DNA of 52,512 bases from Nemertoderma westbladi (Eukaryota; Animalia; Xenacoelomorpha): contig JAUCBJ010007046.1 in the NCBI GenBank assembly GCA_032718475.1, forward strand, positions 1-52,512, given 5' to 3'. The position numbers were made by a program, and so were the translations under genes. The stretch's first letter is position 1; each line of letters starts with the position of its first letter. The notes under the pieces were generated by a model. That model was not told the origin of the DNA and ran no database searches. It saw only the letters and a list, made by a program, of their open reading frames with translations. Positions 10,823 through 19,693 of this stretch are shown here, piece by piece.

Positions 10823-11529
10823 ATGTAGTGAGCGCGATTCTCGCATTAGCGCGACTCACATCATTTCAACGTAATATATTCAGATATTACAGTCAGGAAC
10901 ATGTACTATGTTGACACCAGGACAGCTGGTGTGGCACCGGTAGGTACATATATAAAACCAGTAAATGGTAGTATGAGTGTAATATGAAGACTGACACGGA
11001 CAGCAGTTTGTTGTCCGTCGAAAGTGAAAGTATCTCACGGTTCGATATCTGTTACCGCTACAATATGCTAGTATTTAAACATGTTACCAATCCGAAAAAC
11101 GGATCCTGGCGAAAAATGCAATCCCGGTCAGCATTTGAGGCTTTATATTTAATTATTGGCCTAATGACACCTAACCCCCGCCCCCTTCTCACTTGACCGT
11201 AATTCAGGATTATTAATATATTTAAAAAATTATCCCCCCCCCCAAACTTTGTGATAGGAGCACTAATATAGTATAAACTCTTTGGTTGTTTTACTTACCA
11301 AGTCTTCTGATTGGGTCTTAGCTATTGCCTGCTATTTTTCTCATTAGGTAGCAGAAATTAAGGTGTTACAATGACTGAGAATATCAAAACTATTTGTAGC
11401 AGAACCAATAATTTTGAAATTATCAGTTATACAGATAGTGTGACAAGTTTCAAAAGAGTGACAGTATACAGTATATTTGAATCATTCAATACCAATAGCC
11501 TACTGGTGGTAAGAATCAAACAGTTGTAT

Positions 11530-11655
11530 TCAACATTGTTTTCGCCATTAAGGACCAGCTAGTGCACAATCTTGTGCTTTGGCAGCCCCATTGAATAAGC
11601 ATGGTGGAGACCCCATGACTTTCTTGAGACGCCTCTTAAAGGACACTGGCTGTTG
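11530..11655 (+). pseudogene. Degraded RTE-type LINE C-terminal fragment
   Basis: With frameshifts it reads HCFRH-DQLVHNLVLWQP...MTFLRRLLKDTG, resembling the RTE 'GHC.R.......LVLW.P...GRP..T....L..DTG' tail. Confidence 0.5.
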
Positions 11656-12684
11656 ATAAGCCGGCATAGCATTCTTTATTCATGCATGCTGCATTGGGCT
11701 TGCGAATTGTGGAATGCATAGTAGTGGCAAAATATTTTTGTTAAGCCAGCAGCAGCATATATCTCAATGTGCGGTTTCAATGCAGCAGGCCGATTAGAGT
11801 AGTTATAGTGGCTGCCCTGCTAATCTAAAATTATTGACATCAGAACCTATATAAAAAAACTAATTGCTGGAACTCAGCTGTGGTGCTATGTCCATTGCAA
11901 CTCAGTCCTTAGGCACCTGTCACCGTCTTTCATTCATCTGCACTTTAATTGCACTTCAATTAATTAACTTAAAAGGGTGGGGGGGGGGGGGGGGGGGTAG
12001 CGCTACTTCAATAATTATTTGCAAAAAATTTTCTCTATTTCATCTAGAGCCGATTTTTATCACCATTCCAAATTTGAAAACCGTTTAGCAAGATCTGTCT
12101 TTCTTCTCGAGATATGGAAGTCTTCCGTTTTACTGTCGATTTGTCCGTCAGTATGACTGTCCGTCAATAAAAAGCATACTATCTGTCTAAAAAATTCCCT
12201 GTCTGGGTTTTCGTGGTCGGTGACTTCATTTCTGATGTCATTAGTAAAATTTTACCTTGTCGTTTCTTTCTGTATGCCTGTCATTCTGTCTGTCAAAATA
12301 TAATCACAGTCTGGCAGCCAAACATACAATTTGGAAAATTTGGAAGTCATTAGATGTTAAAATTGACACTCGAAATGAATTCTGCGACCAGGAAAACCCC
12401 TATGTCTAAACTTTTAGCTAGATGGTGGGCCTTTTTCTTATATATTTGACAGACAGATATTCGCATAGTCAGAAAAACCGACAGACAGACAGACATACAT
12501 ACAAACTAGATTTCATTAAAAGTGAAAACTGACCTCAGAAATGAAATCAGCGACCAGGAAAACCCCCCATAGCAAAAATCTTAGCATGAGTTTGTGTGCT
12601 TTCTTGTTGCTAGATATATATTGACAGACATTCTCATTTTAAAATTTTTAGGTGTCATTTAGGCCAATAATTTAACATAATATT

Positions 12685-13950
12685 ATGTTGGGGCAGGTTA
12701 TGCTTATATTAAAATTTGTGCTGACTCGTGCATATTTTGGGTTTGAAGGTGCTTTTTATGTTTTAGTAAAGGGTCTAGGGATGGGAGGCCCCTCGGGGAA
12801 GGTTCTGGCGGTCCTGGTGGTAGACCGTATCCACACCCACGTGGGTTTGGTTGCCAGGTTCAGCGCCATATATTTCAAAACGTTTGTGGACGATGGCGAG
12901 GCTATTTGGGATGGGGAATTGGACGACGCCGTGAAGGAGGCGATCGTCGAGCGTTACGGGGCGGCGTGTGAGGCCGTATACGGTAAAGGGGGGATTCGTT
13001 TCACTTTCGAATTCTTGAACACCAGTTCAGTGTTCCTGGACTTGGAGTTAGTTTTGGAGCCGGGGCGGGGAATAGTGAGTTCGGTTTATTTTAAACCGCT
13101 CACTAAAAGGTTACCCATTCCTGGATCCAGTTTGCACGACCGAAAGGTTCTGCAGGGTGTGGTGAAGGGCCAGCTGACACGTTTTGCGAGGTTGACAAGG
13201 ACAACCAGGGAGTATGAGAGTGCGAGGGGCCGTTATTTAACGGATTGCTGGGTGTCCGGGTATAGTGAGGGGTTTTTGAACGAGGCCCGGGGTTGGGACC
13301 CGGAACGGTTACGGGACTCGCCTGGTGTCAACCGGGACCGGGTCAAGGGGGAGAAGGACAAGTTTTACTTTGGGGTAGACCGTAGGTTCGCTGAGGTCGT
13401 TAAGCCGGTCATGCGGCGGTATCGGCGGGTGTTGGGAGAGAGTGGGATGGGAGTTGCGTGCAATCTTTACGCGGGTCGGAGTTTGGGTAATATGTTGGTT
13501 CAGAAGCGGCCGCCGGCTAAGGGGAGGGGAAGCAGTAGATGCGGGTCCCGGGCGGGGTGCAAAACATGCGATGCCATGTTCGACATGGCCCGAACCCCAT
13601 GGGGTGAGAAGATTAAAGGGTTTTTCACGTGTATGTCCCACGGGGTACTTTATCTGTTGACCTGCACCAACCACCCGGGGGGGTATTATTTGGGCCAGAC
13701 TGAGCAAACCATTAGGGATAGGATGACGGGTCACCGATCGGCCATGGGCAGGTACGTGAAGGAAGTGCATCCTGATCAAGAGAACGTGGGGGAGTATGTG
13801 CTGTTGGATCACTTTGCCCAGTGCGGGTTAGGGTGTCTCAGGGTCTCGGGGTTTAGGAGCTACAGGTCGGACGAGGATAGGATCCACGCCGAGGCGAACT
13901 ATATTTTCAAGTTTAGGCCCCCATGGAACAGAATGGTCCCGGCGGTTTGA
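12685..13950 (+). pseudogene. 5'-truncated copy of the Penelope ORF (RT C-half + GIY-YIG)
   Basis: Nearly identical to the C-terminal ~420 aa of 15075..18425. The ATG comes from flanking sequence. Confidence 0.85.
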
Positions 13951-15002
13951 CACGGTCGGGGTTATAGTTTGGTGTTTGGGCGCGTTTTGTGCCGTTAATA
14001 CTGCCCTGTGCCTTTTGTACTGTATATACAAATTTAGTTTCAGTTAGATTTGCCTCGATTTAGCTTTAGTATCAGTTACCTGTTGGTTCTTTGGTGTTAC
14101 GCTACATGCCAGACCGGCGTGGATGGGTTCTGCCATTGATACTGCTCAGTGCCATTTGTACTGTACATAGTAGCGCACGGCCCCGACTAATTGAGGCCCG
14201 TATTAATTTTCAGGATATTATGGGGTTTTTTTTCAGTGTATTTGCTTGTGTCTCTTTACGCTAGACGTTTGTGCACGGACATTTCACACACGTCAGTACT
14301 GTAGATTTAGTGTCAGTGTATTTGCAAGTGTCTCTATGCTACACGTTTTTGCACGGACATTACACGTACGTCAGTACTGTAGATTTAGTTTCAGTGTACC
14401 AGCCTGTGCCTTTTTACGCTGCACGTTTTTGCACGGACAGTTCACATTTAGTTTCAGTGCATTTGCCTGTGTCTTTTTACGCTACAAGGTTGTGCACGGA
14501 TATTTTGCATCCGACAGGTATTTTCGTACTGTAGTTGTCATCTCGCATACATAAGGCTCTCCTTTTGGTGATACTGCCCTATGCCATTTGTACTGTAAAT
14601 AGTATTTCGTACTGTAGTTGTCATCTCGCATACATAAGGCTCTCTGTTGTTAATACTGCCCTATGCCATTTGTACTGTAAATGCATACATAAGGCTCTCT
14701 GTTGTTAATACTGCCCTATGCCATTTGTACTGTAAATGGTAACGCACGGCCCTGCCTGATCACGTCTCGGTGCCAGACTGATTGATTTGTTTCTATGACT
14801 AAGAGTTCAGTTGTTTATTTATGTTGTTAGCTCTACGGACCGGTGCTGCACCCTTCTTATAACCACATAGCAACCGTACTGCCGTAGGCGGAGTGTTGTT
14901 ATTTGTACTGTACATATACATCGGTTTTATACATCGACTGGTAGTCTATTTCAGTATTTGTTAGTGTTTTCTGTTTGGCCTAACTGTAGTGCAGTAGTTT
15001 TT

Positions 15003-15039
15003 GTGCTGATGATGCCCCAAAGGGGAGAAATTAATCCAC
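15003..15039 (+). ncRNA. Minimal type I hammerhead ribozyme, copy 1
   Basis: GTG-CTGATGA-TG-CCCC-AAA-GGGG-A-GAAA-TTAA-TC-CAC: core CUGAUGA/GAAA, stem II CCCC/GGGG, palindromic mini stem III, stem I GTG/CAC. Predicted cleavage after C15036 (AUC). Lies at the position expected for Penelope pLTRs. Confidence 0.75.
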
Positions 15040-15074
15040 TGTTTACATAATTATATTGAAGTGTTTATTGGGCG

Positions 15075-18000
15075 ATGAAACTCCTTGTTGTTTTAATAAT
15101 TGTCATGATGTATACAAACGCCCTGAAGTCGGCATGTCACTTTACTAATAATTTCAATGTTAATACTGGAGTGAAACGTGACATCCGCTCGTGGTTCGTG
15201 ACCAGACAGAAATTAATTAGATTACCCTTGCAAATAGACTTTATGAAACGATGTAGGTCCAAAAATCTAACTCCAGCTTACCTAGCAGGGGTAGGTGGCC
15301 GAGGTTTAACGCGGCATGCGGGTTTGATGGACAGGTACGTGAACAGAGCGCTGACAATGGATATCGCTTGGTACCACGATATCCTGAGGCGTGAACGCGC
15401 GCGGGAGGGTCGGCTATCAAGAGGTTTTACGCAGTTCATCCAGGGGAAGATAGGTGCCGGTGTAGACAAGACGGAGGACTGGACCTGTCTGTCGAAGTTC
15501 GTCGAATTTTGGGTACGTCGGATCGGGGCCCAGGAGGAGGTTGAGAGAAAGCGAATTCTCGACCGGAAGCTAGGAGCGCTTTCGGCGACTAGTTCAAGAC
15601 GAGTTAGGGAGGAGAAGGTTCCGTGGCTGGTACCCGATAGGATTGCACACCGACCTTTCGTGGGCCGGGACGCCCTCGTGGGAACCGCGAAGGAAGTCGA
15701 CAACGTAGTCAATCTCTCCTCCAAACCCATCTCGGAGGAGGCTAAACGGGTGTTATCTTTAGGGTTTAGTTTTGTGCCGAGAACACGCGTTGTGGAACAG
15801 GACCGGATGGACGCACACACGTCGATCTCCAAGTTGGGAACGAGAATCCGTAATGCGATCAGGCGAAGGAACGCCAGACTGGAGGATACAGTTCAGGTAG
15901 AGAAACCCAGCCGGGAGGAAGCCGCGAGCGGGGCGGTTGGACCGCGGAGTAGTGATGAGGAGTCGGTTATTTCATTTGCGGTCACGCCGGGAAGGGGTCG
16001 CCGGTCGGGCCCGGAGATGGGAGCTGCGCCGAGTGCGACAATAGAAGACTGTACGGCAGCGTTTGGGGCTTTAGTTTTGGGTAACCCGCCAACGGGAGTG
16101 GCCCGCAGACTATTCGCATGCTCCACCCCTGTGACCCCGCCGAGCGGGGAAGGACCCGGGGCGGGTTCCGGTTCTAGGGAGTGTTTAGAGATGTGCGATG
16201 AGGTTTCGAACGGTTTATCGACAGCTGCGGGGTGTGTCAGCACCCCGTCGCGGAGCGTGGGGGGGGTATTTCCCAAACGTGGAGGTGGCCCGCACGTCCC
16301 GATGGAGCGACGTATCCCCGAGCTAGGGGCGACTAGGAATAGGGAGGGCGAGGGCAGTGGGAGGGCGCCATTGGACTATAGGCAATTATACGTTCCGAGG
16401 AAGTTCCGGTACGTCGCACCAAGGGTCGAGGACGAGGCGGTGGAGGGATTTATGGCGGAATTACATAAGGCGATCGACGGTGCTGACGGGAGGGCGAGCG
16501 GTGTTGGCCGAGGCGGGGAGGGTGTGGGTATCTCAGAGAAGGATTTGAGACTGCTGCGGGAACTTAGGGGGGATAAAGAACTCGCTTTCGTTAGGGGAGA
16601 CAAGACAGGAAACGTCGTTGTTGTAGACAGGGAGCTGTTGGATTTAGAGATGAGGAGAAACGTTGGCGACCGTGAGATGTTCGAGAAGTTGGAAGGTGAT
16701 CCGACTTCGAAATATCGGGATGAACTCTATCGGACGGTACAGAACATGGCGTTAGAAGATAAGGACTTAAGTTCATACCTGGTTCCGAAGAACCCAACTC
16801 AGGGTTATGTGTTCCCATTAGTTAAGGACCACAAACCGGTTTCTGAGTGGATCGACTGGGGAGGGGGCAGGAAGTTCCCGAAGGTTAGAGCTATCGTATC
16901 GTCGAGAGGAACCCTAGCGGAGAGGGCCGGGAAGTGGCTAAACTCGGTCCTTCAGCCTCTAATGTTGAGGATGTCCCACTACGTGCAGGATTCGCGTTCG
17001 GCAAGGGAGGCGGTCCCGAGCCGCCCATTGTCCACGGCAACGTTCATGTCTTTGGACGTCGTGGACATGTACCCCTCTGTAGACCACGATGTCGCCGTGC
17101 GCGCGATCGAGGCGGTGATTGGGGAGAATATGGAGATTTTGGAGGACTCTGGGTTTACTTTGGGGCAGGTTATGCTTATATTAAAATTTGTGCTGACTCG
17201 TGCATATTTTGGGTTTGAAGGTGCTTTTTATGTTTTAGTAAAGGGTCTAGGGATGGGAGGCCCCTCGGGGAAGGTTCTGGCGGTCCTGGTGGTAGACCGT
17301 ATCCACACCCACGTGGGTTTGGTTGCCAGGTTCAGCGCCATATATTTCAAAACGTTTGTGGACGATGGCGAGGCTATTTGGGATGGGGAATTGGACGACG
17401 CCGTGAAAGAGGCGATCGTCGAGCGTTACGGGGCGGCGTGTGAGGCCGTATACGGTAAAGGGGGGATTCGTTTCACTTTCGAATTCTCGAACACCAGTTC
17501 AGTGTTCCTGGACTTGGAGTTAGTTTTGGAGCCAGGGCGGGGAATAGTGAGTTCGGTTTATTTTAAACCGCTCACTAAAAGGTTACCCATTCCTGGATCC
17601 AGTTTGCACGACCGAAAGGTTCTGCAGGGTGTGGTGAAGGGCCAGCTGACACGTTTTGCGAGGTTGACAAGGACAACCAGGGAGTATGAGAGTGCGAGGG
17701 ACCGTTATTTAACGGATTGCTGGGTGTCCGGGTATAGTGAGGGGTTTTTGAACGAGGCCCGGGGTTGGGACCCGGAACGGTTACGGGACTCGCCTGGTGT
17801 CAACCGGGAGGGCAGGGTCAAGGGGGAGAAGGACAAGTTTTACTTTTGGGTAGACCGTAGGTTCGCTGAGGTCGTTAAGCCGGTCATGCGGCGGTATCGG
17901 CGGGTGTTGGGAGAGAGTGGGATGGGAGTTGCGTGCAATCTTTACGCGGGTCGGAGTTTGGGTAATATGTTGGTTCAGAAGCAGCCGCCGGCTAAGGGGA

Positions 18001-18425
18001 GGGGAAGCAGTAGATGCGGGTCCCGGGCGGGGTGCAAAACATGCGACGCCATGTTCGACATGGCCCGAACCCCATGGGGTGAGAAGATTAAAGGGTTTTT
18101 CACGTGTATGTCCCATGGGGTACTTTATCTGTTGACCTGCACCAACCACCCGGGGGGGTATTATTTGGGCCAGACTGAGCAAACCATTAGGGATAGGATG
18201 ACGGGTCACCGATCGGCCATGGGCAGGTACGTGAAGGAAGTGCATCATGATCAAGAGAATGTGGGAGAGTATGTGCTGTTGGATCACTTTGCCCAGTGCG
18301 GGTTAGGGTGTCTCAGGGTCTCGGGGTTTAGGAGCTACAGGTCGGACGAGGATAGGATCCATGCCGAGGCGAACTATATTTTCAAGTTTAGGCCCCCATG
18401 GAACAGAATGGTCCCGGCGGTTTGA
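15075..18425 (+). CDS. Penelope-like RT + GIY-YIG endonuclease, 1116 aa, intact
   Basis: VVNLSS..LSLGFSFVP, RGDKTGNVVV, KDHK, SLDVVDMYPSV, GLGMGGP, FVDD, FLDL; Cys linker CGSRAGCKTC; VLY..C..H..YLGQT..R...H..E..N endonuclease residues. Confidence 0.93.
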   Translation: MKLLVVLIIVMMYTNALKSACHFTNNFNVNTGVKRDIRSWFVTRQKLIRLPLQIDFMKRCRSKNLTPAYLAGVGGRGLTRHAGLMDRYVNRALTMDIAWYHDILRRERAREGRLSRGFTQFIQGKIGAGVDKTEDWTCLSKFVEFWVRRIGAQEEVERKRILDRKLGALSATSSRRVREEKVPWLVPDRIAHRPFVGRDALVGTAKEVDNVVNLSSKPISEEAKRVLSLGFSFVPRTRVVEQDRMDAHTSISKLGTRIRNAIRRRNARLEDTVQVEKPSREEAASGAVGPRSSDEESVISFAVTPGRGRRSGPEMGAAPSATIEDCTAAFGALVLGNPPTGVARRLFACSTPVTPPSGEGPGAGSGSRECLEMCDEVSNGLSTAAGCVSTPSRSVGGVFPKRGGGPHVPMERRIPELGATRNREGEGSGRAPLDYRQLYVPRKFRYVAPRVEDEAVEGFMAELHKAIDGADGRASGVGRGGEGVGISEKDLRLLRELRGDKELAFVRGDKTGNVVVVDRELLDLEMRRNVGDREMFEKLEGDPTSKYRDELYRTVQNMALEDKDLSSYLVPKNPTQGYVFPLVKDHKPVSEWIDWGGGRKFPKVRAIVSSRGTLAERAGKWLNSVLQPLMLRMSHYVQDSRSAREAVPSRPLSTATFMSLDVVDMYPSVDHDVAVRAIEAVIGENMEILEDSGFTLGQVMLILKFVLTRAYFGFEGAFYVLVKGLGMGGPSGKVLAVLVVDRIHTHVGLVARFSAIYFKTFVDDGEAIWDGELDDAVKEAIVERYGAACEAVYGKGGIRFTFEFSNTSSVFLDLELVLEPGRGIVSSVYFKPLTKRLPIPGSSLHDRKVLQGVVKGQLTRFARLTRTTREYESARDRYLTDCWVSGYSEGFLNEARGWDPERLRDSPGVNREGRVKGEKDKFYFWVDRRFAEVVKPVMRRYRRVLGESGMGVACNLYAGRSLGNMLVQKQPPAKGRGSSRCGSRAGCKTCDAMFDMARTPWGEKIKGFFTCMSHGVLYLLTCTNHPGGYYLGQTEQTIRDRMTGHRSAMGRYVKEVHHDQENVGEYVLLDHFAQCGLGCLRVSGFRSYRSDEDRIHAEANYIFKFRPPWNRMVPAV

Positions 18426-19621
18426 CACGGTCGGGGTTATAGTTTGGTGTTTGGGCGCGTTTTGTGCCGTTAATACTGCCCTGTGCCTTTTGTACTGTAT
18501 ATACAAATTTAGTTTCAGTTAGATTTGCCTCGATTTAGCTTTAGTATCAGTTACCTGTTGGTTCTTTGGTTTTACGCTACACGCCAGACCGGCGTGGATA
18601 GGTTCTGCCATTGATACTGCTCAGTGCCATTTGTACTGTACATAGTAGCGCACGGCCCCGACTAATTGAGGCCCGTATTAATTTTCAGGATATTATGGGG
18701 TTTTTTATCAGTGTATTTGCTTGTGTCTCTTTACGCTAGACGTTTGTGCACGGACATTTCACACACGTCAGTACTGTAGATTTAGTGTCAGTGTATTTGC
18801 AAGTGTCTCTACGCTACACGTTTTTGCACGGACATTACACGTACGTCAGTACTGTAGATTTAGTTTCAGTGTACCAGCCTGTGCCTTTTTACGCTGCACG
18901 TTTGTGCACGGACAGTTCACATTTTTTCAGTGCATTTGCCTGTGTCTTTTTACGCTACAAGGTTGTTGTTCGCGCTTTCAGACCTTTGGCAGTTTAACCC
19001 GCCAAATTAGAATGTCTTCGATTTGCCTCGATTTAGCTTTAGTATCAGTTACCTGTTGGTTCTTTGGTTTGGTGTTTGGGCGCGTTTTGTGCCGTTAATA
19101 CTGCCATGTGCCTTTTGTACTGTATATACAAATTTAGTTTCAGTTGGATTTGCCTCGATTTAGCTTTAACATAAGGCTCTCTGTTGTTAATACTGCCCTA
19201 TGCCATTTGTACTGTAAATAGTATTTCGTACTGTAGTTGTTATCTCGCATACATAAGGCTCTCTGTTGTTAATACTGCCCTATGCCATTTGTACTGTAAA
19301 TGCATACGTAAGGCTCTCTGTTGTCAATACTGCCCTATGCCATTTGTACTGTAAATGGTAACGCACGGCCCTGCCTGATCACGTCCCGGTGCCAGACTGA
19401 TTGATTTGTTTCTATGACTAAGAGTTCAGTTGTTTATTTATGTTGTCAGCTCTACGGACCGGTGCTGCACGCTTCTTATAACCACATAGCAACCGTACTG
19501 CCGTAGGCGGAGTGTTGTTATTTGTACTGTACATATACATCGGTTTTATACATCGACTGGTAGTCTATTTCAGTATTTGTTAGTGTTTTCTGTTTGGCCT
19601 AACTGTAGTGCAGTAGTTTTT

Positions 19622-19658
19622 GTGCTGATGATGCCCCAAAGGGGAGAAATTAATCCAC
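19622..19658 (+). ncRNA. Minimal type I hammerhead ribozyme, copy 2
   Basis: Identical to 15003-15039. Confidence 0.75.
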
Positions 19659-19693
19659 TGTTTACATAATTATACTGAAGTGTTTATTGGGCG

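Larger units (their letters stand above)
8306..11062 (-). mobile_element. Ty3/Gypsy LTR retrotransposon, CsRn1 clade, internally deleted
   Basis: 239-bp TG..CA LTRs (8306-8544, 10824-11062) with one visible mismatch; 4-bp TSD ATAT; tRNA-Trp-like PBS; CHCC gag motif; protease and RT present. Confidence 0.93.

Noticed and set aside
15075-15130. Signal peptide on the Penelope protein
   Set aside because: Short hydrophobic run from T-rich pLTR sequence. Secretion is implausible for an RT-endonuclease, and downstream Met codons are available.
15075-18425. Selenoprotein-type (Naiad) Penelope
   Set aside because: No in-frame TGA in the ORF.
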